64,000 nucleotides of DNA from NCBI GenBank assembly GCA_964057225.1, contig OZ059894.1, forward strand, positions 15,376,001 through 15,440,000, given 5' to 3'. The notes beneath the pieces are model-generated. The model saw only the letters and a program-made list of their open reading frames with translations. It was not told the DNA's origin and searched no databases. Of this stretch, positions 26,093-39,038 are shown one piece after another. This stretch comes from Auanema rhodensis. Lineage: Eukaryota > Animalia > Nematoda. The position numbers and the translations under genes were made by a program. Position 1 is the first letter of the stretch. Each line of letters starts with the position of its first letter.

Positions 26093-27580
26093 TTACAGGG
26101 GAATTCCGATTATTTTATACAACAAGTATTCCTGAAAAGCTAGTTTGTCGTCTTTACGCATGCTTTGGTATTCCTTATATGTAAAAACTTTGTGTAATGA
26201 TATTGTATCCGTAACCTGATCCCACATATTATACTGAAATGAATATACATAGTTAACTGAAATGATTGTTTGTCATTCTAACTTTGAAATGCCCCATGTC
26301 GTATTTCCATAAGAGCAGAATTCGTTCACTTATATCCAATCTCGAGCTGCTCAATAAAAATTTACCACATGCATATAAAGCTCTTTCTATATTGAAAATA
26401 AAGGCAACTCTGCTAAGTCGTTTGACATTTTCATCTGAAAAAATTTCAAAAATCAAACAAAAAATCAGAAAATATAAAATTACCAGTAATATGGTAACTG
26501 TAACCATATAATATATTGAATACGTTCAGAATATCATTGTGTACTATGTTTTTAATATTTATAATAATTTCTCTTTTTTTCTGGAGTAAAACTCTTATAT
26601 AGTTGATAATGATAATCAAAACCAACAGCGACATCCTCAGTTTTAATGACTTTTACACTTCCTTCTTGATCTTCTTGTTTTGATGAATCCTTATCTGTGT
26701 CCTATAACATATGGAAATATATACTCATTCAAATTTGAATTTACCATGGATACATCCTTTGTATCAATTTTATCGTTTTGCTTGTAATTCTTAAGTTTTG
26801 CAAAATCAAAAATCTTTCCTGTACTATGAATTTCAAAAAATACTAAACTTGACAATGACTACCTTTCATCAAATCTTTCATAACCGAAGAATGAACAGAT
26901 AAAATCTTAAAAATAATAAAATTTATCTTGACAACAATCAAAATACCTGTGAGTGGCAGTACAACTTATTCTCTCCGAAGGAAACGGAAATATCCCAAGA
27001 ATCTGATTTCACAACTTCTAACAACAGAGTAGATAGTTGTCTATAAAAAACATATTGAACATATATTTGGAAATATCCAAATTTACTCAAAATGTTCGAA
27101 AGCTACGATAGTAGCTGCGAAAGAAATGGATTCTCCACCCTCTAACTGATATACTTTCCTAGTCCTGTTGTATACTAAAGCTTCATTTTCACGCTGTACA
27201 ACAAGTTTCTAGAAAATATATATTTCAACACTTTCGACCAGCATGAAAACCTCATTTATAAAGCATTTCATATCAAATCGAGCGTTGAGTCGAATGTCGT
27301 TGAATTTTTTTAAACTTCCATACCATAAATGCAATTTCGGATTTTCTGTTTTGTCTGTAAACAATTTTATTTTAAATTAAAACTTCTTTTATTTTAAAGT
27401 TATGATAAAATATAATCTTGCCGTTTAGCACTGTATCCGCATATCTGAAAATATTTGAATCTCAAATCTAAAACCTTGTTTTCAAACTTACAGTGCTATG
27501 AAGTCATTTTTACACAAAACAGAAGCTTTTCTTTCTTGCTCTAGATCATACGAACATTTATATTTGAGAAGAAATGACAT
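26093..27580 (-). CDS. BTB/POZ adaptor protein, copy B (chimera: 5' part as C, last exon as A)
   Basis: Intact spliced ORF MSFLLKYKCSYDLEQERKASVLCKNDFIAL-YADTVLN-DKTENPKLHLWYGSLKKF...; last exon identical to copy A. Confidence 0.88.
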
Positions 27581-27760
27581 CTGATTATAAATATGATTAA
27601 TATCAGCATAATATAATATAATCAACAAATTAATTTAATGACCTCGAAGAGGACTTCTCTCTCTTTTTATACGTCGTGAATGAAGTTATGAAAGTTTTTA
27701 ATCATAAAACAAACAAAAAAATTAATTTCCAAATTATAAAAAGTTTCATAATTTCATTTC

Positions 27761-28075
27761 ATAGTCAGATGTCATTTCTTTAAAATATGAATGTTCAGAT
27801 GATCTAGAGAAAGAAAGAAAAGTTCCTGTTTTGTTTAAAAATGACTTCATAGAACTGTAAGTTTGAAAACAAGGTTTTAGATTTGAGATTCAAATGTTTT
27901 CAGATGTGTAAAGAAGGCAAAGAATGAAGGCAAAATAATATTTTATCATAATTTAAAAATAAAAGAAGTTTTAATTTAAAATAAAATTGTTTACAGACAA
28001 AACAGAAAATCCGAAATTGTATTTATGGTATCAAAATTTAGAATTTAGAAAAAGAATACAAAGACATTCGATTCA
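27761..28075 (+). pseudogene. Inverted 5' fragment of the BTB gene (arm B; exons 1-3 with introns, frameshift at codon 5)
   Basis: Reverse complement of ~27290-27590; atg tca ttt ctt taa (1-nt deletion); exon 2 reads CVKKAKNE. Confidence 0.9.
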
Positions 28076-28253
28076 TCTGACATTTATTAAGTAATTTATT
28101 TATATTATAATATATAAATGTTTCAAATACTACAATAATAATTAGAAAAAACATTAAAATAATTATTTCATAATACCCGTTGAACATGGAATCGTTGTAG
28201 CCTAGTATAGGCTTTTGAATTAAATAAATAATTAAAAATTCTCAATAAAATGA

Positions 28254-31079
28254 TTACTTTTCTGTGGACAACTTGTCTATCATATATTCGACGGTTTTTT
28301 GTACTTCCTCATCATTTTCATCTGTTTTGCACGTCGTTTCTTTTAGTTCCTGTGAATTAGGAAGTTGATGATCGTTGTTTAGAGAATTACAAGTGAATAC
28401 AACTTTCATCTGATGATCTTTTTTAAGATTACGATGCTGTAAATGGTGAAATGATTTAGAATCCTTCATAGTAAGAATACTTACTCTTGGCTTAGATATG
28501 GCAATCATCAGGAATATTGGAAGGAATAGTAATCCATGAATCATCGAGAAACTAATAACTAGGAACACTGTCTTGAAAAAAATTAAAACTATATATGAAT
28601 CGACAAGGGTTAACACCAGAATTCCTAAAAGGGTTGACGATGCTCCCTAAAATATATCTTCATGACTGTTGGGCAAACGATTTTCCCAGCTTACCAAGAA
28701 TACAGGCCAACCCAATGTCTCTAAAGATTGAACCACTCGTTCATGAGGATCACCATACGCTTGTGAATACGCATAAGCTATATGAGCAGATAAATCAACA
28801 GCAAAGCCAATGCACATTATGACCTTAAAGTGTAAAATTTCAATTTTCTCTTCTATCAAGTTACTCGGATACCTACCGTAATCATTGAGACACTATCAAG
28901 ATTTACACCCCAGAAAGACATATAGCCAAGAACACCTATATAAGTGTATAATCATTAGAAATATGAAATATTATACTTACCTATGTTAATACTGGCAATA
29001 GCTAATACTACAGCACAAGCTGCTCTGAAGTCTGGAATCATTATGACTGTTACCAAGAACATTGAACCTAGACCCAGAATGAAATTTTGAGATAAAGAAG
29101 GTTTAAGCTCCAAATACTAAAATACATGAACGATATGATAGAGCAAGGTAATAATAGTTCATACCTGATCAGCAAATGGATAGTATTCATGGAAAGTTGT
29201 TACATTGAACTGTGAGTACTTTGATGCTATTTCTCTCATAAGTTTACAACTATTTGTATGATCTGTCGGAGTTGCATAGTTACGCAAGCCTAGTTGGAAT
29301 CGGAACGCTTTGAGCTTATAGAAATCCTTCAATGAAAATTACAGTATATGAACGAAGAATTAGAAATAAACCTCAGGCTGCTTTCCCCAAACCATGTCCA
29401 TTTCCCATAATCGTCTACCTCCAGCTATGAGTAACCAGTCTCGACAACGTTCATACCATTCAAAAGATCTAAATTCAATAAAGTATAGACTGATTCATGT
29501 TGAGATAACTTACGAATTTGGTTTTAAAATGTTCAATTCTCTCATTTCCTTTTCAAGATGAAATTCGTATGCTTTAAGCCAAATCATGGTAGCATTTGAA
29601 GACATAGTGTAGTCTGTGTCCTCAAAATCTTGAAAACTTATAATTGTGAAAAACGAGATTAATTGTACTTCGAAAAGGCAGATACTAACTTAGAAACTAA
29701 CCATCTAGCATGAATTGAAACTCTGCTCTGTTTACAGGATCAAATAAATCAGGTGGATTATTGACAACAACTTGCATTTGCAAACCTTAATTTACAAAAT
29801 TTGATATCATTTCAGTTTTTTGAACTTACCTTCTTGCCAGAATGTTTCTTGGATTAGAGAATAGAAGTTGCTAAGATAGAAACTGTCTCGAACAAGAAAT
29901 TTAGGATCTAATCCTTCTTGAATGTTAATACAACCAAATATGGCTAATCCAATATAAAGAACATATAATAGAAAAGCGCAAACCTCAAAATAAAATGACG
30001 TCAGAAATTTTAAAAGAAAGGGTACCTGAGTGCTTCGTTCTAATACAAATGGTCCGATAATATTACGAAACAACTTGTTAACCAACGTTTTCTCCGAATC
30101 ATCTTCCTATAACCGGATAGACTAGTTTCTTTCTTTAGCAACTCTTCTCAAACCGTTTGATGTTCTTCCAATTTATGCTCTAGTTTCTTGAAGAAGCCTT
30201 CGTGATGTATATTTTCTAAATCTTTCTTCTTTTCGGTATTGTTGTTGTTATTCAATTGCTTTTCAGATATTTTGCCCTTATTCTTTGAAGTTTTGCCTCC
30301 AAGGAAGAATAATTTCCATTTGGAATCTAAAAATGAAATAAAACATTTGTTATCAGATAATTGAAACGTACTGGTAGAATCTGAAGATATAGCCTTATGG
30401 TATGTCATAGAATGTATATCGTTCTCTTCCAAAGTAGCAGCATATGATAGAATAGGAGAGAAGAATGTAAGCTTAAAGAAATTATATATTATATAAATTA
30501 AAAAAAAAATTAAAAAATACCTGGTAAATATATGTAAATACTACTTGGATTGAGGTATACAAACAGAACATTCGAACTCCTGGTAATGATGTAAATGTAC
30601 CAATCCCGAATGTCATCTATTATTAAGTTAACATATAAATAATTATAAATATATAATTTACAATATCTGTAATTGAAGTGATTGTAATGGCTACAGCAGC
30701 TTCACTCAATGTATGTGCTACACGTTCAGCAGCTGAATGTTCTGGATTTGTTCTATGCCATTCAGCTGACATAATGAACAGGTCATCAATTCCAATACCT
30801 TAAACAATATATTGATAATATTTAAGTAATTATAAGTATAAATTTTAAATTTGAGTTGTTCAAAATATTTAAAGAACTTACATAATACAAGGAAAGGTGA
30901 AACATTAACAATGGCATTATAGAGTTCACCAACCCACAACAGTAATCCAAAAGATGTAACGATGGCTAGAAGTGGGCAAAGAATACCTTAATATATTTTT
31001 TATTTGACTAATTGTTTGAATACAAAGTTTGAAAGTATTCTTACCCGCTAAGGCAACTAATGGCTTACTACGGACCCAA
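28254..31079 (-). pseudogene. 5'-truncated patched-related gene (copy B), starting inside the sterol-sensing region; in-frame ATG available at 31129
   Basis: Matches 34748-37573; homology ends at ...cggacccaa (31079). It could be translated, so the pseudogene call is tentative. Confidence 0.8.
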
Positions 31080-31318
31080 GATTTTTGTTTTTGTTTCGTA
31101 TATATACGAAAGAAAAAGTAATTAATCATTAAATTAAGTAAAAATTAAGAAAATTGGTTTTAAATAGAAAATGACTAAATTCATTTTAAATATTATTTCT
31201 GCTGTGAGCGGTCGTATATAGTTTCCGTCATATTTGCGTGAATTGACGTACGCCGATTGCTTCACTTTTAACTCAGTTCACCATTGTGTTCTCATAGCTT
31301 TCTCTGTGTTTTCATAAC
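31080..31318. other. 239-bp orphan segment at the B/C duplication junction, with a CpG-rich promoter-like core
   Basis: No match seen elsewhere in the window; core gagcggtcgtatatagtttccgtcatatttgcgtgaattgacgtacgccg. Confidence 0.75.
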
Positions 31319-31617
31319 ATTGTAATAGTATTAGTAATTTTTCATATTTGTAATTTTATGATTTGTTGTGTTTTTAAAGTGTGTTCATAGTTAAGATTTA
31401 ACCAAAATCTTCTGAAGTGTATTTATTTGCAGGTTAACTAGTACGCGTTTACTTTCTTCTATATAGTCTTTTCAACTTGTGCCGTATGTTTTTGAAAATC
31501 AAAGCAGTTTTAACTATAATAAAGCTTATTTTACTGATTTTGTGGAACTATTAAATGGATAAACGAATAAATGCTTCATGCACTGAAATTAATTTATTTC
31601 GAACATGAAACACAGTA

Positions 31618-32469
31618 ATGATCTCTGTCTACCCTGTCAAGCACCATGGTAAAACTTACTTCATTTATTGGATTATGGAATTAGAGTTATTGGGTAAATT
31701 ACAGATTTTAGACTTGTTATTATTCTATTATAGGTGTGACTGATGGAGGAAGTGTTGTTTATCAAGAAAAATTGAGTAGGGATAGTAGAATATTGTTTCT
31801 AAAACAAGAGATCGACGACGAGTTTTGGGGGTATGTTGCATAGAATTATTTAAATTTTATTCTATTCATAGTTCTCAAAAGAAGTTGAAAATTTGAAATA
31901 AAATTTTGTTAAATTACTCAATCATATACAAATACTCAATATCAAAAAGAAATGTAGATATTTAAGCTGATGTGAGTTTTATAGCTTGAACAATTGAATA
32001 TATATGTTTATTTGAAACATAAAAGTTTTTTATACAACTAATTACAGGAAAATGATTGAGGATGAAGAGTTAGGAATAAAGAATCTAACTGAAGAAATGG
32101 TTATAATAAGCAGGTATTCATTTTCCTAATGAAAATGATTCAAAACATCGTTTTCCAGGGGTACAAAGTCACTTGAACTGAAATCTGTAAGAGATTTAGG
32201 CGTATCACTATGTCAAATAATGAACAGACTTGTTATAACACTTAAGGTAAAGTAATTTACCTGTATAAATTGAATCATGAAATTCACTATAGGGGAACAA
32301 AGCGGAAAGTTCTCCTAGAAAATCTCTTTCTACTAATTTGAAGAAAAAGGAGTCTCCAATGAAAGTTAGTTATCTCTTCTCTTCTTGAAATATGCATACG
32401 TTTCAGAGAACTACATTTGCTATAGCCAAAAAGAAAAAAATTGATAACAATAATGAAATCATAGACTAA
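31618..32469 (+). CDS. nhj-1: nhj-1-like XRCC4/PAXX-type protein (copy C, intact)
   Basis: Same exon structure as 21039-21890; two amino-acid changes seen (I4V and DDD to DDE). Confidence 0.65.
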
Positions 32470-32586
32470 ACTTCTAAAATATTGGCATTTACCTAACTAG
32501 TTTCATTACAATTTTTCAATTCATCCTAACTGTTACAGTTTTAAATAGTAAGTATTATATTACAATATGCCTCCACCCATAATCAG

Positions 32587-34074
32587 TTACAGGGGAATTC
32601 CGATCATTTTATACAGCAAGTATTCCTGAAAAGCTAGTTTGCTGTCTTTACACATGCTTTGGTATTCCTCATTTGTGAATACTCTGTGTAATAATTTTGT
32701 ATCCTTAACCTGATCCCACATATTATACTGAAATGAATATACATAGTTAACTGAAATGATTGTTTGTCATTCTAACTTTGAAATGCCCCATGTCGTATTT
32801 CCATAAGAGCAGAATTCGTTCACTTATATCCAATCTCGAGCTGCTCAATAAAAATTTACCACATGCATATAAAGCTCTTTCTATATTGAAAATAAAGGCA
32901 ACTCTGCTAAGTCGTTTGACATTTTCATCTGAAAAAATTTCAAAAATCAAACAAAAAATCAGAAAATATAAAATTACCAGTAATATGGTAACTGTAACCA
33001 TATAATATATTGAATACGTTCAGAATATCATTGTGTACTATGTTTTTAATATTTATAATAATTTCTCTTTTTTTCTGGAGTAAAACTCTTATATAGTTGA
33101 TAATGATAATCAAAACCAACAGCGACATCCTCAGTTTTAATGACTTTTACACTTCCTTCTTGATCTTCTTGTTTTGATGAATCCTTATCTGTGTCCTATA
33201 ACATATGGAAATATATACTCATTCAAATTTGAATTTACCATGGATACATCCTTTGTATCAATTTTATCGTTTTGCTTGTAATTCTTAAGTTTTGCAAAAT
33301 CAAAAATCTTTCCTGTACTATGAATTTCAAAAAATACTAAACTTGACAATGACTACCTTTCATCAAATCTTTCATAACCGAAGAATGAACAGATAAAATC
33401 TTAAAAATAATAAAATTTATCTTGACAACAATCAAAATACCTGTGAGTGGCAGTACAACTTATTCTCTCCGAAGGAAACGGAAATATCCCAAGAATCTGA
33501 TTTCACAACTTCTAACAACAGAGTAGATAGTTGTCTATAAAAAACATATTGAACATATATTTGGAAATATCCAAATTTACTCAAAATGTTCGAAAGCTAC
33601 GATAGTAGCTGCGAAAGAAATGGATTCTCCACCCTCTAACTGATATACTTTCCTAGTCCTGTTGTATACTAAAGCTTCATTTTCACGCTGTACAACAAGT
33701 TTCTAGAAAATATATATTTCAACACTTTCGACCAGCATGAAAACCTCATTTATAAAGCATTTCATATCAAATCGAGCGTTGAGTCGAATGTCGTTGAATT
33801 TTTTTAAACTTCCATACCATAAATGCAATTTCGGATTTTCTGTTTTGTCTGTAAACAATTTTATTTTAAATTAAAACTTCTTTTATTTTAAAGTTATGAT
33901 AAAATATAATCTTGCCGTTTAGCACTGTATCCGCATATCTGAAAATATTTGAATCTCAAATCTAAAACCTTGTTTTCAAACTTACAGTGCTATGAAGTCA
34001 TTTTTACACAAAACAGAAGCTTTTCTTTCTTGCTCTAGATCATACGAACATTTATATTTGAGAAGAAATGACAT
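32587..34074 (-). CDS. BTB/POZ adaptor protein, copy C
   Basis: Same as B except the last exon (YNMWDQVKDTKLLHRVFTNEEYQSMCKDSKLAFQEYLLYKMIGIPL*). Confidence 0.88.
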
Positions 34075-34254
34075 CTGATTATAAATATGATTAATATCAG
34101 CATAATATAATATAATCAACAAATTAATTTAATGACCTCGAAGAGGACTTCTCTCTCTTTTTATACGTCGTGAATGAAGTTATGAAAGTTTTTAATCATA
34201 AAACAAACAAAAAAATTAATTTCCAAATTATAAAAAGTTTCATAATTTCATTTC

Positions 34255-34569
34255 ATAGTCAGATGTCATTTCTTTAAAATATGAATGTTCAGATGATCTA
34301 GAGAAAGAAAGAAAAGTTCCTGTTTTGTTTAAAAATGACTTCATAGAACTGTAAGTTTGAAAACAAGGTTTTAGATTTGAGATTCAAATGTTTTCAGATG
34401 TGTAAAGAAGGCAAAGAATGAAGGCAAAATAATATTTTATCATAATTTAAAAATAAAAGAAGTTTTAATTTAAAATAAAATTGTTTACAGACAAAACAGA
34501 AAATCCGAAATTGTATTTATGGTATCAAAATTTAGAATTTAGAAAAAGAATACAAAGACATTCGATTCA
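34255..34569 (+). pseudogene. Inverted 5' fragment of the BTB gene (arm C)
   Basis: Same as arm B at offset 6494. Confidence 0.9.
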
Positions 34570-34747
34570 TCTGACATTTATTAAGTAATTTATTTATATT
34601 ATAATATATAAATGTTTCAAATACTACAATAATAATTAGAAAAAACATTAAAATAATTATTTCATAATACCCGTTGAACATGGAATCGTTGTAGCCTAGT
34701 ATAGGCTTTTGAATTAATTAAATAATTAAAAATTCTCAATAAAATGA

Positions 34748-37700
34748 TTACTTTTCTGTGGACAACTTGTCTATCATATATTCGACGGTTTTTTGTACTT
34801 CCTCATCATTTTCATCTGTTTTGCACGTCGTTTCTTTTAGTTCCTGTGAATTAGGAAGTTGATGATCGTTGTTTAGAGAATTACAAGTGAATACAACTTT
34901 CATCTGATGATCTTTTTTAAGATTACGATGCTGTAAATGGTGAAATGATTTAGAATCCTTCATAGTAAGAATACTCACTCTTGGTTTAGATATGGCAATC
35001 ATCAGGAATATTGGAAGGAATAGTAATCCATGAATCATCGAGAAACTAATAACTAGGAACACTGTCTTGAAAAAAATTAAAACTATATATGAATCGACAA
35101 GGGTTAACACCAGAATTCCTAAAAGGGTTGACGATGCTCCCTAAAATATATCTTCATGACTGTTGGGCAAACGATTTTCCCAGCTTACCAAGAATACAGG
35201 CCAACCCAATGTCTCTAAAGATTGAACCACTCGTTCATGAGGATCACCATACGCTTGTGAATACGCATAAGCTATATGAGCAGATAAATCAACAGCAAAG
35301 CCAATGCACATTATGACCTTAAAGTGTAAAATTTCAATTTTCTCTTCTATCAAGTTACTCGGATACCTACCGTAATCATTGAGACACTATCAAGATTTAC
35401 ACCCCAGAAAGACATATAGCCAAGAACACCTATATAAGTGTATAATCATTAGAAATATGAAATATTATACTTACCTATGTTAATACTGGCAATAGCTAAT
35501 ACTACAGCACAAGCTGCTCTGAAGTCTGGAATCATTATGACTGTTACCAAGAACATTGAACCTAGACCCAGAATGAAATTTTGAGATAAAGAAGGTTTAA
35601 GCTCCAAATACTAAAATACATGAACGATATGATAGAGCAAGGTAATAATAGTTCATACCTGATCAGCAAATGGATAGTATTCATGGAAAGTTGTTACATT
35701 GAACTGTGAGTACTTTGATGCTATTTCTCTCATAAGTTTACAACTATTTGTATGATCTGTCGGAGTTGCATAGTTACGCAAGCCTAGTTGGAATCGGAAC
35801 GCTTTGAGCTTATAGAAATCCTTCAATGAAAATTACAGTATATGAACGAAGAATTAGAAATAAACCTCAGGCTGCTTTCCCCAAACCATGTCCATTTCCC
35901 ATAATCGTCTACCTCCAGCTATGAGTAACCAGTCTCGACAACGTTCATACCATTCAAAAGATCTAAATTCAATAAAGTATAGACTGATTCATGTTGAGAT
36001 AACTTACGAATTTGGTTTTAAAATGTTCAATTCTCTCATTTCCTTTTCAAGATGAAATTCGTATGCTTTAAGCCAAATCATGGTAGCATTTGAAGACATA
36101 GTGTAGTCTGTGTCCTCAAAATCTTGAAAACTTATAATTGTGAAAAACGAGATTAATTGTACTTCGAAAAGGCAGATACTAACTTAGAAACTAACCATCT
36201 AGCATGAATTGAAACTCTGCTCTGTTTACAGGATCAAATAAATCAGGTGGATTATTGACAACAACTTGCATTTGCAAACCTTAATTTACAAAATTTGATA
36301 TCATTTCAGTTTTTTGAACTTACCTTCTTGCCAGAATGTTTCTTGGATTAGAGAATAGAAGTTGCTAAGATAGAAACTGTCTCGAACAAGAAATTTAGGA
36401 TCTAATCCTTCTTGAATGTTAATACAACCAAATATGGCTAATCCAATATAAAGAACATATAATAGAAAAGCGCAAACCTCAAAATAAAATGACGTCAGAA
36501 ATTTTAAAAGAAAGGGTACCTGAGTGCTTCGTTCTAATACAAATGGTCCGATAATATTACGAAACAACTTGTTAACCAACGTTTTCTCCGAATCATCTTC
36601 CTATAACCGGATAGACTAGTTTCTTTCTTTAGCAACTCTTCTCAAACCGTTTGATGTTCTTCCAATTTATGCTCTAGTTTCTTGAAGAAGCCTTCGTGAT
36701 GTATATTTTCTAAATCTTTCTTCTTTTCGGTATTGTTGTTGTTATTCAATTGCTTTTCAGATATTTTGCCCTTATTCTTTGAAGTTTTGCCTCCAAGGAA
36801 GAATAATTTCCATTTGGAATCTAAAAATGAAATAAAACATTTGTTATCAGATAATTGAAACGTACTGGTAGAATCTGAAGATATAGCCTTATGGTATGTC
36901 ATAGAATGTATATCGTTCTCTTCCAAAGTAGCAGCATATGATAGAATAGGAGAGAAGAATGTAAGCTTAAAGAAATTATATATTATATAAATTAAAAAAA
37001 AAATTAAAAAATACCTGGTAAATATATGTAAATACTACTTGGATTGAGGTATACAAACAGAACATTCGAACTCCTGGTAATGATGTAAATGTACCAATCC
37101 CGAATGTCATCTATTATTAAGTTAACATATAAATAATTATAAATATATAATTTACAATATCTGTAATTGAAGTGATTGTAATGGCTACAGCAGCTTCACT
37201 CAATGTATGTGCTACACGTTCAGCAGCTGAATGTTCTGGATTTGTTCTATGCCATTCAGCTGACATAATGAACAGGTCATCAATTCCAATACCTTAAACA
37301 ATATATTGATAATATTTAAGTAATTATAAGTATAAATTTTAAATTTGAGTTGTTCAAAATATTTAAAGAACTTACATAATACAAGGAAAGGTGAAACATT
37401 AACAATGGCATTATAGAGTTCACCAACCCACAACAGTAATCCAAAAGATGTAACGATGGCTAGAAGTGGGCAAAGAATACCTTAATATATTTTTTATTTG
37501 ACTAATTGTTTGAATACAAAGTTTGAAAGTATTCTTACCCGCTAAGGCAACTAATGGCTTACTACGGACCCAATCAATTGCAATAAATCCATTTCCATGA
37601 TTAATCAGTACAACACAAACGGCGAAACAAAATGTGAAGAGAATTGTACATGTTCCTAAAATATATTGAATACTGATGTTGAATAGTTTGAAGTTACAAA

Positions 37701-39038
37701 CCTACAAACTTAGGTGTCAATGTATCGGCGACGTCTTGAAGTCCTTCAGGTAGACTCTCATTATGACATATTCCAAACTCAAGAATATCTAAAAGAGAGT
37801 AGCTTATTGAATTGATTCTCAAATACTTTCAAAGAAATGAAAACTTGAAATACAAACCTGATACTGGATGTTCTTTATTGGTTAACCAATCGGCTAATTC
37901 TTTTCTCCAAATGTAACTGATGTTTCCAACCTGTTGAATGTAATTGATTTTCCATTTCAAATACAGTTATCTCATACCTTTTCATCTCGTGTGTTATACG
38001 TCAGACGAACAGCAGTAGCATAATCAAAATGACCATCATCATCAACTAAGTTTGGACTACCAACAATTGCCCCAAAATAGATTGGCTCTGATCCACGCCA
38101 ACCAATCGGATAAGTGATATTGATCTAAACATTTTTTATAAGAGATATAAAGATAATGATTCAAAATTACAATAAAGATTAATAACCAGAATGAATTGAC
38201 TTACTTCAGTATTTATGATATCACTTGCAATCTCAGCTATTGGTCCACTAAAATTACCCCAACGAGATTTTGGCATAAGCATAGTGAGATGATCATTCAG
38301 ATAGCAAGCCCAATCATATGTCATGCATAAGTCTGTATAAGCAACCTAGTGTAGGAATCAATAAAGATATTTTTTGAATAAATAAATGAAAAACCTCATA
38401 TTTCTTTCCTTCAACTTCAACGGGTACTGTTAAATTATGAATAATATAATTATTAATTCGAGCAATTTCATCCACATATCGAATATTTAGAATATTAGGA
38501 CGTCCATACTGTGGATGTTTCTTACCAGCCACTAAAATAAAAATTAAAAAAAATATTTAAATGTTTTGAAATATTTCAAACCTATAATATCAACATATCC
38601 ATTCAAATCATAACTTTTTCCTGGCCAAAATTTTGTTTCATCTAAAGGCCAATGTTCTGCCAAAACCTAAAAAACATATTAGATTATTTAATAAAATCTA
38701 TCATGATTAATGAAAAATCTTACGGCTCTCTCGTATCTCCATGGGGCATATTTTGGAGAAAATACAAACTGAGGATCTTTGGTGGTCTAAATTTCATAAA
38801 TAAAACTCTAATAGAAACTGAAAATATGTTACCAATTGTTCAAGCCATACTAATCCGTAGGCAGAAAATGCTGTGAAAGCCAAAGATGTTATAAGAAACT
38901 CAAAACGGTACTATAACATGTTCAAATATTTTATGAAATACAACAAAATATTTTTGTTTAGTTATTTCTTACCTTATGAATAACAAAACCAAGATTAAAG
39001 AAAGCCTTATGAATGGCGTCGTCAAAACGACGTCCCAT
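34748..39038 (-). CDS. Patched-related (PTR) sterol-sensing-domain RND-type membrane protein, full-length
   Basis: tttcag|ATG at 39038: MGRRFDDAIHKAFFNLGFVIHK...; WVRSKPLVALAG, VSPFLVLCIGIDDLFIM (GxDD), EAAVAITITSITDI, QEGLDPKFLVRDSFYL, IGFAVDLSAHIAY, FFKTVFLVISFSMIHGLLFLP. Paralogue number not assignable. Confidence 0.95.

Larger units (their letters stand above)
20740..39038. repeat. Nested tandem segmental triplication: unit A 20740-25818, unit B 25817-31079, unit C from 31319
   Basis: 20740.. matches 31319.. (offset 10579); 21732.. matches 25817.. (offset 4085); B and C match at offset 6494. The ORF track repeats the same peptides three times. Copies differ by SNPs, indels and a transposon insertion. 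Confidence 0.97.

Noticed and set aside
22008-34569. Toxin-antidote element interpretation of the BTB/arm pair
   Set aside because: The arm cannot encode a protein and no toxin-like partner is visible. Nothing in the sequence supports it directly; it would need crosses.
20740-39038. Triplication as a pure assembly artefact
   Set aside because: Copies have distinct junctions, private SNPs, a TSD-flanked insertion and strongly diverged exons. B and C are very similar, so read-level confirmation is still advisable.
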